Assembly (NCBI GenBank): GCA_965649765.1
Contig: OZ287755.1
Span: 23,188,001 to 23,252,000, forward strand
Length of the DNA stretch: 64,000 bases
Direction of reading: 5' to 3'
From: Bispira polyomma
Lineage: Eukaryota
Part shown: positions 37,001 to 50,827 of the stretch, piece after piece
How the letters are laid out: the number at the start of each line of letters is the position of its first letter
Numbering within the stretch: the stretch's first letter is position 1
Notes under the pieces: generated by a model
Told to the model about the DNA's origin: nothing
The model's input: only the letters and a program-made list of their open reading frames with translations
The model's database searches: none
Program-made: the position numbers and the translations under genes

Positions 37001-40000
37001 CAGGAATACTATGTATATGTGAGTATGGGCCTATTTGATACAAAACATAGGCGGTAAGACAGTGAATTGCTGGGGTACCTTCTCTAAGTGACTTACTTAT
37101 GTGTCAGTGTGGACCTATCTGATACAAACATGGGTGGTAACAATGGATAGTGTACTAGTCTGGTACCTTTCTGAGTCACCTTCTGACCTTTGTATTTAAA
37201 AAAGGGTAGCTATTTAGTATACAATAGTTTACAATAAAATGAAATATTACTCGCTGTCTTCTTGTTGTGATACCATACAGCTTTATAGTACAGATCATTT
37301 AAAATCCTATTAGAAGTTTTGATATGTATCTTGGTAAAACATTAGTAATATTTCTTAAACTTTTAAAATATGAAAAACAGTTGTATGATGATTGGTCCCA
37401 TCTTTAGTGTACTTTTTAGGGAAAATGAGCGAAAAGTGATACTGGTTATTCAGCCATCTAATTGTACTTTACAGTGATAGCCCAGCCAAACTTAATGAAC
37501 TGATCAAGTGGGTGCTGACTGTACCAGCAATCTGGGATGATCAAGCCAAGCAGTTTATGAGAGAGGCTGCTTGTATGGTATCGTATAAACACTGAGTGTA
37601 GATAAAAGGGGTTGTTTGTATGGTATAGTATTAACACTGAGTGTAGATAAAAGGGGTTGTTTGTATGGTATAGTATTAACACTGAGTGTAGATGAGAGAG
37701 GCTGCTTGTATGGTACAGTATTAACACTGACTGTAGATGAGAGAGGCTGTTTGTATAGTACAGTATTAACACTGAGTGTAGATAAGAGAGGATGTTTGTA
37801 TGGTATAGCATAAACACTGAGTGTAGATGAGAGAGGCTGTTTGTATGGTACACTGTTAACACTGAGTGTAAATGAGAGAGGCTGCTTGTATGGTACAGCA
37901 TTAACACTAAGTGTAGATGAGAGGGGTTGTTTGTATTGTACAGTATTAACACTGAGTGTAAATGAGAGAGGCTGTTTGTATTGTACAATGTTAACACTGA
38001 GTGTAGATGAAAGAGGCTGTTTGTATGGTACTGTGTTAACACTGAGTGTAGATGAGAGGGGCTGTTTGTATGGTACTGTGTTAACATTGACTGTAGATGA
38101 AAGAGGCTGTTTGTACGGTACTGTGTTAACACTGAGTGTAGATGAGAGGGGTTGTTTGTATGGTACTGTGTTAACAATAATGTGCATTGGACTGTATACA
38201 TTATTACGTAGTACACAATTTAAAGATAGTCTACAGAAGAGAGAGGCTTTATGTATGTCCAGCTTTCCATCCCACAATTTTGTCCAAACTGTATCTCACT
38301 AACTATAAATGAGGCGAATGTTATAATTGTCACAACTCTAGATCTTATTGGGTAGTTGTGCAACATTTGATTTGTTTTGCCTCATTTGGGCAAGGTTGCC
38401 CTGGCAGGCTTGCGATAAACAAAAGCAGTAATTTTTGGTGGTGCATCCTTCGGTATCTCGGTAAATATAAATTGTAGCAACCTCATATGTGACATAGTTG
38501 TAGACCTTATGGGGTAGTTGTGTAGTCTCAAATTTAATTTATTGACTGCCTTATTGACTCGAATATTGTACATGTCTTTGTTCACAACCACTTATTTCTT
38601 GTTAATGACTTTGTCCTGGTCATTTGAATATCAGTAACTGGGTTATGTGGGCTTTCTTACAGTTATTCTAATTATATTTTTAGGCATGTGTCCAGATACA
38701 GATGCAGAGACATATATATATATATATGTATACATCTTGATATCACTATAGGCTGGGCTAATTAAAGAACAAGACTCCAAGATGTTAATGATTGCCTTGG
38801 AACCTGAAGCTGCTTCAATGTACTGTAGAAAACTGGACATTGCCCACTTTGCTTATGGGCCTGGAGAAGGGGGAAGCTTGAGCTTTACTAGTGGAACCAA
38901 ATACATGGTCATTGATGCAGGAGGTAAGAAGGAGTCTGTGGTTTATGCTAAAACCAGTAACATGCCAGAATTATTCCTTATGAGTACCCTTTTCTACAAT
39001 ACATACTAATTTAGTACTCAATACTAATATCCAGTGAATAGTGTAAATATGTCTGTATCACAGTATAGATTACCCAAGAATAATTTTCAAAGAATGGATA
39101 TATTTTAGGAAAAATATCCAGTAAATTCTGTAAACAACTCTATATTATAGTATTATTAACCAAGATTAATATGACAGAACAGATTAGATTGATATGATGA
39201 AAAGAGGACATAGACATTCCTGTGTGTATAAGATAGGCTATATCCATTTCTTTGTTTTGTACATATCTAAACTTCTCATTCAAATAATAATATCACCTCT
39301 TCACTTCTCATTTCAGGCGGCACAGTAGACATCACTGTACATGAAATTCTGCCTAATGAGCATGTCAAAGAACTGCACACTGCTAATGGAGGGGCCTGGG
39401 GAGGTACACAGGTAGACAAGAACTTCATCAGTCTGCTGAGGAAGATACTGACTCCACACTTCGTGGATGTCTACATGACACAGTGCCCTGACATGTGGCT
39501 AGCTCTGATGACCACATTTGAGAGGGTGAAGTCTTCAGTGAGTGTTGATGCTAATAGTACGCTCCTCATCCCTTTGTCCTGGTCTATAGGAAGTAAGCAC
39601 CAGGAAGTCATGGGCACCAACATTGAGATGGTTATCAAAGGTGCAACCAAAATGGGGGTCAAGTTTTCTAATGGGGCCCTCATACTGCAAAAAACAGCCA
39701 TTGATACCATATTCCTACCAGTTGTGGAGGATATCATTCAGCACATCCACAGCTTGATGGAACTGCCAAATGTAAATCTGATTGACTATTTGCTGCTGGT
39801 TGGTGGCTTTGGGGAATGCGCATACTTACAGCACAAGATACAAGAGCATTTTGGCAGCAAGACATGTTTACTGGTCCCGTGTGAAGCTCAGATGGCTGTG
39901 AAGAAGGGAGCTGTGTTGTTTGGACACCAACCTACCATTATACAGAGCAGAATATCAAGGTACACCTATGGTGTTAAAATACGTTCAGTATTTATCAGAG

Positions 40001-40401
40001 AAGTCCATGATGAAGCAAGAATGTACATCGATAGTACAGGTAAGCGAAAATGTAGAGGAATCTTTGACCCATTTCTACAAAGGGGCCAGGAGGTAGAAAG
40101 TGGCAGTGTAAAATCTGTTATCTACAGCCCCACTGGGCAGGATGATACCGGAATGAAGATAGATTTATACAGGAGTGAACAGGTATTAGATGGCAGAACA
40201 CCTCTGTATGTGGATTCCCCTGGCATGGAAAATGTGGGTTTGTTTTTTGTTGATATGCCTGATACTAAAGGGGGAAGATCAAGAGAGGTACAGCTTGACA
40301 TCCTATTTGGTGGAACTGAGATTGAGGTCAGAGCAACAGATGTAACATCTGGTTGCAAGGCTAAGGCAACCATTGATTTTCTGGCAGACTATGCACAGTA
40401 A
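34090..40401 (+). CDS. HSPA12: HSPA12-like protein copy 2 (6 coding exons, ~601 aa)
   Basis: Exons 34090-34322, 35449-35533, 36891-37018, 37475-37577, 38752-38923 and 39317-40401; all GT-AG and phase-consistent. Motifs AAIDFGTT, FRHFKM, WVLTVPAIW, ALEPEAAS, IDAGGGTVD, LVGGFGE, FGGTEI. Confidence 0.92.
34628..35417. mobile_element. Composite MITE/foldback element in intron 1 of HSPA12 copy 2
   Basis: TIRs ctgggcctgtattcactaaagtt / aactttagtgaatacgggcccag; internal ttcttatacttagaat arrays in both orientations; internal TIR-like copies at ~34791 and ~35220. Confidence 0.78.
35482..36090. repeat. 78-bp tandem repeat (8 copies) made of the 3' part of HSPA12 exon 2, its donor and the intron start
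   Basis: Donor-like AG|gtatg at 35534, 35612, 35690, 35768, 35846, 35924, 36002 and 36082. Confidence 0.92.
37558..38175. repeat. 45-bp minisatellite (~14 copies) spanning the exon 4 donor of HSPA12 copy 2
   Basis: Unit atgagagaggctgtttgtatggtacagtattaacactgagtgtag; the first copy overlaps the coding MREAACM|gt. Confidence 0.92.
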
Positions 40402-43400
40402 CAAAATGAAAAAGTAGTTATAAGTGATATAAAATGAATCTGGTTGGTAATTCACCACAACAGAACTTAGATGATACAAGACAATTCTGAAGTATAACTT
40501 TATGTATATATCTCTGAGCTGGTGTTCACCAAACGGTCTAAGGCTAGTCTAAGTCTTTAATGTAAGGTATTAGTCTCGACTTTTGACCAAAACGGTTACA
40601 TTATGGTCCTAATCCTGGCTATATGGAGTAAAGCTTTATATATATGTATTTACTAATTATATACTATACATCCTTACAGAGCAGTGTATTATTCCCTAGT
40701 GTCTGCCTTGTTGCTGACAAGTATAGAACTGCACTTTTCATTCATTCTCACCTGTTAATATAAGTGATATATGATGTGTATATACCCTAGATAAATGCAG
40801 TTGTGTATATATTGACAAAAGCTAACATAAATCATTGGTTACCTGGGTTATTTTATACAGATACAAAATAGTTTATACAACAGACCTGATTTCTAAATGT
40901 TAGAATACAGTGTTAACATCAAGATGCCAATGATAGAATTTTAATTGAAGTATATCTTGAAATAGTATCTTGTATGCTTGGTATCTATGGTTTCTTCCAT
41001 GTAGAAAATTTTCAGATTTATTTTTCAAGCAATAAGTCTTTACTAGACTCTATAGATTTATAAAGTCTGATCATGCTAGAACTAGAATAACAAAAAGTGT
41101 ACCGAATACAGTGTAGAGAGTGATACTGCGTACTGTGATATTATAACATCATTGAGAGAAGGTATAAGTTTAGTAGGTATCATGGATACAGTTTTGAAAT
41201 CTTGATAATGTGGGAACTTCTAATGCAAACTCCTGGATGCAAACCACTACATTTAATGCATAAGTTCACTAATTCTAGACCAATGTACAAATGTAATAGA
41301 AAAAATGTGACCATAAAAATGTCGGTATTTCCTAAAATATGCTAAATTTGCTAAAATGTTGTTACGATGTAAAAAATAAAGCCAGCAAAAAATTTAGAAA
41401 AATTATTTTACATACATATTTTTAATCGTGATATTTTTGTGATATCATCATGACAATCTGGTGATATTGTGATGCCATTTTTGAGTGGTGATGACTTCAC
41501 TAATTACAGTGTAATTTATTCTAATTGTCTTTATGTAGTATCCAATCCAAGAATGCTTTTTATTTTGTGCTAAATAAATGTTGTGACACAATCTTTCTCT
41601 TTTCTTATTGCATGTCAATTACCAGAAAAGTTTTAAGCAAAAATGATTGATTATAGCCAATAAAATATGCCTACACAAATATGATGTGCATACTACTAAG
41701 TGTTCTTTTAGTTTAATTTATGAAGTAATACTTCTTATATTATTGAGCTTGATGCTCACATAACTTCAGTACCCACTATTAGATGTTCATTTTTTCATGA
41801 AATATAAAACACTTAGAATTACCAAAGCATGCTATTGACGTCCCTGATTTAAACTGTAGTGCCCTTTTGTTTTAAAGATAAAAATCAGGTAATAAATGCA
41901 GTTGGTGTAATATGGATCTATCAGGAGTTTCTACGATATAATTTAGGCACCATCATGCATGGTGAGGTCGGTAGACTCTTTACTTTCTATTATTATCCCG
42001 GAGGGCGGAGCCATCTGAGATCATGTATTGAGAAGATGTTTTTGGTCTGTAGACAGCACTTTCTACCAGTTTCGTCCATTATTTTAAGTTTGTTTTTTGG
42101 TAGTTATATGTGGTTGGTAATAAGGACGAGTCAGAAGCCTTAATATATCTATTTTTTTATTTTGTTTGTAAAATAAGATTTAACCTTTGACCTCGCAATT
42201 ACCGCATATTTTGTTATGTCCATTTTTCGTAGGACCAGTCAGATTCGTAGGTTTCAATAGGTATATATATATATGTGACAAAGACTAGGGTTTGGGATAT
42301 ATATATGATATATATACACCCATACTGACGGGAAAATAAATTCCTTTTAATTATGCGTCTAACTAGTGAGAACGCACCCTTTTTAACTTTGGTTTTGACC
42401 GCTAGATGGCGCTACACTACTGTCTTTTTTTTATTTTTAAGTATTCAGATACTCGGTACTAGCATTTCTCGCCATTTTTGTGTTGACGTCATCACTTTTC
42501 GTATATTTTATTGACACGAGTGGCTTGCAAATCACTTATGTTTTCATCACTTTTGGGGAATTTCGGTTGGGTACTCGGCTTTTAAAACTTCCTATCTCGC
42601 TAGAATATATTTTATTAACACACGAGTCGAGGCAAAGTCTGCGAACTTCTTCTATTTTCGCCTACATTATCATCATATTTGGGGCGTTTTATGGGGGTAC
42701 TCGGTTTTCAGAACTTCCTCCCTCGCTATAATATCTTTTATTTAACACACGAGGCGAGGTTTCTTCTAAAACGCTACCCGGAAGTGGGCAACATTAAATG
42801 ATTTATAGTGAAAATACTGAATCGATAGATCTACGTGCTTGCTTTTAAATTTCGTTTTGCAATATATTGCTTTTATAAACTATATTGGGATATCTGAAGA
42901 AGTCTAGTATTCCCCCTAATTTGTATGAATACATTTTATTTCCGTGTACCAGTAGCGATATTTAAATAAATTGAAATATAGATCCTATTATATATACATG
43001 TATATGTTTTTTCCGCAGGTTGACCAAAAAAAAATTTTTTTTTTTTTTTGTAGGTCGACAGGTTGACAACAAAAATAAATATTTTTCTAGATAAATAGGT
43101 CGACAGGTTAACAAAAAAAACAAAAAACAATTAGGTAGACAGGCCGACAGGTAGAAATTTAATTTTTTTTTCAGCTGGATAGGCAGTTAGGGCTAACTCC
43201 TCTAAACCCTAATCCTAAACCATAAAAAATTACCTTCAATCAAAAAATTAAAAAAACATTTTTTTTTAACTTGTCAACCTGTCAGGTTACATGTTGATAT
43301 GTCGACAGATAGACAGTTGATTAATTTTTTTTACGTTTAGGTAGAGAGGTTGACAAGTTGACAGGTAGACAGATAATGTTTTTTAATATTTAAATAGGTT

Positions 43401-44238
43401 GTCAAATAATTTCCTTTTTTGTAACTTATATATTGACAATTGTATTTTAGGTTATATGTAGACAGGTAGACAATATTTTTGGGTTGTAACTTATACATTG
43501 ACAGAAAATATTGGTTTACTTTTAGGTAGGCAGCTTAAGAAATAGATACATGTCTCCGAGATTTGTGACCGCAAGGTCACTTTCCTCTTGTTGTTCATGG
43601 TGCTGTTCCACTTTCAAGAACGGTCGGGGAGAGGCCCCGATTATGTGATCGTGAGCAATCCTTAGCATATTCCCACAATGTTTTTAAAAAAAAGGGGCGG
43701 GAAAAAATGCATCACTACGACCTGTCAGATTAGTCTTATAACTGCCTTGATAAGTCATTAACATTATGATCGATTGGCCCAATTTATCTTCACGATCACA
43801 TTTTTGGGTTTCTGACCTCCTCGATTGGTAAAGATAAGTCATTGGAATCTCCTGATCTCCCCGATAGGTCGTTGGCATTACAATCGATCCGCTGGATTAG
43901 TTGTCAGAATCGCATTTTTGGCTCCCAACCTCCCTGATTGCTAAAATTAAGTGGTGGGAACTGCTTACGATCCAAAAGACAAGTTGTAAGGGCGTTACGA
44001 TCCAATCGTTGAACACTGAGATAAGTCGGATGATAGAACGGCTAATCAAAATTGAAATCTTGGTTATAACAATCGGCAGTTACCATTTCCATCAAACACT
44101 ATATAAACGACAAACTTGAATCCAGACAGTTTAAGTCCAGAAGTTAAGTGATCAACATGATTCCACAAAGAAAAAATATGTCTATCAAATAGACTTAGGG
44201 CTGTAATTGCCAGCATGCAAACACAGCTGATGGTTTGA

Positions 44239-44515
44239 TTACACCAATGTTTTTATTACAATTATTTTTCCTATTGGTGTCAGGTATCTATACCTCCATG
44301 ATTTTAATAACTTAGTAGCATTAAGCAGGGCTTTACTGTAATTTATAGTTGGTATTCTGTCTAAATTTGTAGAAAATTCAAATCCAAGAAGTGTGTACTT
44401 AGATTCATCCCACTCAAGTTTGGTTGTAATCTTTAATTGAAATTGAACCAAAAACCTCTAAAACATTCAAGGCTGCCTGCAGAAAACATTTGCTGCCATC
44501 TAATAGAAGTGAGAT
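44239..44515 (-). mobile_element. L1/Tx1-clade LINE reverse transcriptase fragment
   Basis: LLDGS..LQAALNVLEVFGSIS, YTLLGFEF and SWRYRYLTPIGKIIVIKTL match the post-YADD region of L1/Tx1 RTs. Confidence 0.65.
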
Positions 44516-44935
44516 ATGTCGTATGATGTAAGATTTCAAAAAGTCAAAGTTGTTCTTGACCCAGTGCTGCCTCTCTATCAACTCATGTGGTGTCTGGCAG
44601 GACTTTCTGATGTTGAGCTTGACATAGACATTCCTCTGAAATTGAAACCACTTCTTCCATGTCCAGTTCCATTTCGGAGCAGACCTCCGTCCACAACATG
44701 TCTTTAGCCTGGATCTCTCTTGTTGTAGAGCCATTCCTAGTCCCGCAAAAAGTCCACCAGTGCCTCCTCCTCTGTGTCACTGAACATGACCATGCACATC
44801 TTACCCTTCTTCTGTTTCCTCAATATGAGAGCCACATCTCCATCCCCAGCTGTGTCAGCTTCATCCTTCAAATAAGGCTCCTGGTTACATCCTGCTCAAT
44901 CACCGGTGTCTGTTAACACTGAGAAAGCTGTGTCC
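44516..44935 (-). pseudogene. MADF/Myb-like DNA-binding ORF remnant (possibly PIF/Harbinger accessory gene)
   Basis: Across frames: EEEALVDFLRD..WLYNKRDP..KDMLWTEVCSEM...ERQHWVKNNFDFLKSYI, resembling MADF-type tryptophan spacing. Confidence 0.45.
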
Positions 44936-46978
44936 CTGAAAAGACAACAGACATTCTTGCATTAAATCGTCGTTTCACCTTATCCTGTGCCTCCACATGC
45001 TCCTCTATCCTCCTCTTCCTGGTCTTTCTCTTTTGTTTTGATTATATAATGCTTAAAATTGTCTAACTGTAATATTTCATTCTCAAAAAACACCAAAGCT
45101 AGTGTCAAAAATATACACAAGTTAAAAAAAATCCAGTTTTAATTTTTAAATTTTACTGGGGAGACTATTGACTGGTCTTAGTCACATGTTTTACTAACTG
45201 AGTGAAGTTCCCTATGTATTACATAGTCTTTAGTATGTGTTATTCTTACTACAGTCCAATATAGCCCATCCAGGTTATCATCAAGACCTGATGATTTGTA
45301 AAGTTTTATTTCAGGGAAGGAGAGGTACAATCAAGTAATAATTGCATGAATAAGTTTTAACATTTATTACAAACAAATTGGGCTTTTCATAAGTAACACA
45401 CCCACATTGTAATTGTAATTAGACTTTTATTGCGCTTAATCTCCCCTTAACAAAGGGGACTCTAAGGCGCACCAGCACAAAAGACAGTTATCCAATTACC
45501 AAAATCAAGGGACAGAAAAAAGGGTCAGCAACATAGCATTAAGTGGTAGTTCTAGGAAGTATAACACAATTATAAGTAACTAGTAGATTGCCCCACGCCC
45601 AATTAGTTGTTGTATAGTTGGTTTGGGAAAGTTTAGACAACGGGTAGGGAAGCCTTTGTGAACTCTGATTATGCATAGATAGCAACACTTTTTTAGTCAC
45701 CAAGAACTTCTGCGGAAAGTATTGAAACCTGGAATGGCCTTTTTTAACTTTTGTAATTTAATCTATTAAACTTGCAGGTGACATTCATCTGACTCGATTG
45801 AATGCCAAACCTTGGACAAGATCATAATACACTCTTGTAAAACTAAACCAATGTCTAACTTTAGCACATTATAGGAATCTTGTCTGTTATTGAAAGCAAG
45901 TCTACCTACCTTTTGTTGGTGTCCGGGATGTGTGCAAAATAGAACATAAAACCCTAAGACTAGGTTGTCAGTTAACTGGTACAGGTCCAGGATCATATTC
46001 AAAAACAGACTGTCATTCTTATACATTTTTAGTTTTACCTAATCAGATAGATTCAGACAGTTTGACCAGCCAATCAGATTTCTCCATACAAAATTTTTAA
46101 AAAAAGAAGTCTTTATTAGTACCATTCCTATGTATCAGCTATGACGCATGTGCACGGATATATGGGGAGGTGCGATATCACTCTAGATCATTATAAGTAC
46201 AGAGTAATAATCAATGTTGAAGCATATTGCATAGTCTTGCTCAAGACTCCACTTTTCTGGTATTACAACAAGAATTCTACCTCAAAGCAACTCCAAAACC
46301 ATATATTAATACAGATCTGTTCATAGCAATTAATAATATCAAGGGGGTATCCAAGTTAAGAGGAGATGTATAGTGTATTTATTTAAATGAGCTCACATTT
46401 AAACTTTGTTCAAATTAAAATGTGCTCGAATTTAAACCTTATTCAAATTAAACAAAATCTTCTAACAATAAACTTATTAAAAAGGCTATAAATCACACCA
46501 GCGTTCATTGATAGCTAGCAAGATGTCAGTTTATACATAGACTAATATGTGCACACAGGAAATTTATTATTCAGGGTTAGTCATATTTCCTTTCGTTTCG
46601 ACAATATAACCTTTCATTAAAGCATATCAATTATCGATGAAACCTGGGTTTGTGTTTTGCACCTTCGATGTTTGTCCAAAGGGAAGTATTTGTGTGCGGG
46701 AATAAAAATTCTCCAATCTAAAACGAAAGCGAAACAACCTTCCAACTATATAGGCGTGCATCAACAGATACTGTGGTATATTCAGTAGTAGTACTGGAGT
46801 TATATTAGATAGTTTTAGAGGATTTTGTGTAATTTTTCGGTGACTGTCTAAACAGTAGGATTGTACAGGATATAGCCTCATTATAAAACTGGGTGGTGAC
46901 TTTGTAATGTGTAAATAAGCAGACAACTACGTGTTGAGGAGCCTTTAAAGTCAGTGACACACACCTGTAGACATTATA

Positions 46979-49900
46979 ATGGCTAGTTGGTCAGGTATAG
47001 GACAGTTCTCCCCGGAGGATGATAATTATGTAATGCTGGCAGCCATTGACTTTGGCACCACCTTCAGTGGGTACGCGTTCTCCTTTAAAACCTCTCAGAG
47101 TGACATCAAGATGAACAAAAACTGGGGAGAGAACCTGGGCTTCCAGTCCTACAAGACACCCACTAGTGTACTGGTGGACGACAAGGGCAACTTTGTGGCT
47201 TTTGGCTTTGAGGCTGAGGAACAGTAAGTGTATGGTTTACCTCCACCGGGTGGCTGTAACTACCATGTGAGAGGAGTAACATTACATTGTAAAATATGTA
47301 AAATGTAAAAAGTGACCAACTAATTTTTTTCGGTTAATAAGAGTGTGTTGTTGCCTGTACATAAATCAAACAGTTGCTGTATATATATTTATATCTGTGT
47401 AATGATGAAGAAATGTTGTTAACTCCCTATACTCGAAGGCCATGTGTTTACTTTTCTCATAAAGACTTCCATATTTACTACTATAAGACTTACCTTTGTC
47501 TGTGTTTACATTTTTCACATAGATTTCCATATTTACCACTATAAAACTTACCTTTGGCTGTGTTTACATTCTCACAAAGACTTCCATATTACCATGTGAG
47601 ACTGTATCTATTAGTGTTTTTTTATATTTCTCATCAAGACTTTAATATTTACCACCAGAAGACTGTACCTTTGTGTGTGTTTACATTTCACAATTAACAC
47701 ATTCAGATTTTGTCTTTCAGATACTGTGGTATAGTGGAGGAAGACAAACGTGGGTACCAGATGTTCAGACACTTCAAGATGATGTTACACAAGAGTGGGG
47801 TCAGTCACAGGAAAAAAAGTCACCACATCTCAAATTTGTACATCTGTAAATTAGGCTCATCTGTTGTATGTCTTATGGTGACAAGTTTAAAAATAATGCT
47901 TATGTCTTATAAATATGTAACGTTTCAAAACAATTTAAATATAACTCATTGAAACCCTGTCGCTCTGGTGTATAATTTCTATGAACATTACAGGTTACAA
48001 AACAAAGTCTGATCACATCCACTTCTGGTAAGAAGCACAGTGCACTAGAGATCTTCAGCATGGCATTACAGTATCTCAAACAGCATCTCCTTGATCTAGT
48101 GGGCAAGATGACATCGAAGTAAGATGGATGTATTTATGTATAGGCATGTAATGTAAAACAGCTTACATGACATTATAATATTCAAAATGTTGAAAATGAT
48201 ATTATTTAAGCCCAATATGAAAGAAAGGATGAAAAAAGAGAATGACCTGCATTTAAGTAATGGGTTGTTATAAAAATGTCTGCACTGGGAGAAATGCCCA
48301 ACATGTTTAAAAGATTGTTACTAGCTTTTACTATATTAGGAAAACTAACCTGGGAAACGGTTTTCCCAAATGACTGTATATTGCCATTTGACTTGCACTT
48401 GTTCAGCTGTATTGTTCAATGTTTACCTTTGATGAGTATCATGTTATGGTTTTTAATTTTTGAACAAGTATGATATATAGCTGGTGCACCGTATATTGAG
48501 CATGTAAGTAAGCGCATAGTTGCTGGCTAAAAATATTAGTACCTCACAAAAATACATACATTTTAATATACAAATTAGTTGATATTGCTCTTAAATAATT
48601 ATAGTAACAATATTTGTTTGTTTTTTTTTACTTATAAAAATCGCCTTCAATCCTTGGATTCGGATGCTCCTCGATATCCCATGCACCGACTATACCAAAA
48701 CCAAAACACAATAGTAGATATGTGTTTTACCTTTAGGTCTCCCAGTACTAACCTCATCAAGTGGGTGTTGACTGTGCCAGCCATTTGGAGTGACGAGGCC
48801 AAACAGTTCATGAGGGAGGCAGCCTACAGGGTCTTTACTTCTGTGTAACATGCATAATTTGATTTGGTTGGGTTTAACCAGCTGATCCCCAGTTTAATTC
48901 TTAGCAACATCATGGTGATCATTGTGGGATAACATTCTTGGGAAAGAGTAGAATATACCATTGCCTACTGATGATCCACAATGGTATTTTGCAGAACTAT
49001 TCCTTGACGGATGCTTTGTCATCAAATTTAGCGCAATATGAATTTGTTAGAATTGAAATAAAAAGAATTCATCACATTAGCATTTATAAAGATAACACTA
49101 TGAGAACACGAAATGTGTTTGTGCATGCTTAAAAAATGTTATTATATAGTGTATGTACTGTTTCCTAATAAAGCTAAACAATCCTTTGATGCTGATGGAC
49201 TATTATAATGAACATGTATAATCTGTAATCTGTCTTTATGTTGACTGGGTTAACTAGTATTAATACCTATAGAAGTATGACTTTTGCTTAACAGGGGGGT
49301 CTAATAAACAATCCCAGTTCCAGAAAGCTGCTGATTGCTCTGGAACCAGAAGCAGCCTCCCTCTACTGTAGAAGTCTGGATACAGAGCACTTTGTGATTG
49401 GGGACTCCGTCAAAGCAGAGGGCTTTAAACCCGGAGTGAAATACCTGGTCATTGATGCTGGTGGTAAGCAAAGTCATCAAATAGCTGTTAAGTTTTCAAG
49501 CTTTTCAAGTACAATTTTATACTGAGATTTGAAATATCAAATGTGCTGACTACGTAAGGCTGTGAATTTAATGTTACACACTATATCATTACCAATTCAC
49601 AAATTATACAACACCTTTTGGTTAGGTTTTGTATGAACAATACACTGTAAATTCATTGTAAATGAAAAACACTTGACTCATATTAAGTATTCATTTAACT
49701 ATCATGGTAAGTTCGGTTTGCTGGAGTATACTATGTCTTCTATGTCTATTACTCCTTTAGGTGGTACAATAGACATCACAGCTCACCAAGTCCTGGTCAA
49801 TGGTCAAGTGAAGGAACTACATGCCGCCAATGGGGGAGCCTGGGGTGGGACCAAAGTGGACGAGAACTTTATAGATTTACTCAAAACAGTTCTAGGGGTT

Positions 49901-50827
49901 CAGTTTGTCAACCAGTACGAGCTGAAATGTCCACAGCCATGGCTTACACTGATGACAAGTTTTGAGAGGGCAAAAAAATCAGCACAAGCCAATGGGACCA
50001 GCAAAATAGTCATCCCACTGGGCTGGGACATGGGGAACAAATATGGGGAAATTACTGGAAAGAATATTGAGAAGGTCATCAAAGAGGCTTCAAGGTTAGG
50101 GGTTGGCTTTGGTAATGGGTCTCTGATTATCCAGCCAGCTGCAGTGACCAAACTGTTTGAACCAGTGATGCAGAATATAGTGAGGCATATCAAAGAGTTG
50201 CTAAAAGATAGGGCACTAGGTGGGATGGACTTCATCCTCCTGGTCGGTGGGTTCGGGGAGTGTAGCTTTCTACAGAAGGCCATCAAGGACAACTTTGGTC
50301 AAAAGGGTAGACTTCTTGTCCCATTTGAGGCCCAAATGTCCGTCATTAAAGGGGCTGTTCTCTTTGGTCACAAACCAACTGACATCAAAAGTCGTATCGC
50401 AAAGCGATCATATGGAAATAGTTATTCAACTAATTTTGACAGCAATAAACATGAAAGAAAGTATTTAAAAGTACATGATGGGGTTGAAAAATGTTCAGAA
50501 TTATTTCAGATATATGTACAAAAAGGCAGTGATGTGGACACTGGACATTCTATTGACCTTACATATATTCCAGTTACTGCTGACCAAGATGGTATGACAA
50601 TTCATTTGTATGCAGTTGATAGGCCATGTTCAGTATCCACACCCGAGTATGTTGACACTTTTGGGTTTCAGAAAGTTGGTCAGGTACAGGTTGATATGCC
50701 TGGGTATGGGAAGGATAGGGAAGTAGATGTTAAGGTAGTCTTTGGCGGTACGGAGATCCAGGTATCCGCAGTAGATAAGGGGTCAGGTAAAGCTGCAGCA
50801 ACATCCATCAACTTCCTTACTGACTGA
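46979..50827 (+). CDS. HSPA12: HSPA12-like protein copy 3 (6 coding exons, ~592 aa)
   Basis: Exons 46979-47223, 47721-47799, 47994-48118, 48737-48830, 49295-49463 and 49761-50827; GT-AG and phase-consistent. Motifs [46 protein letters not shown]. Confidence 0.93.

Noticed and set aside
35399-38302. Long repetitive ORFs (35399-36109, 37458-38216, 37555-38277, 37841-38302)
   Set aside because: By-products of 78- and 45-bp tandem repeats whose unit lengths are multiples of 3, within HSPA12 introns.
41860-43560. Probable non-autonomous transposon(s) with gtcgacaggt subrepeats
   Set aside because: Looks repetitive, but I could not define termini or a family from the sequence alone.
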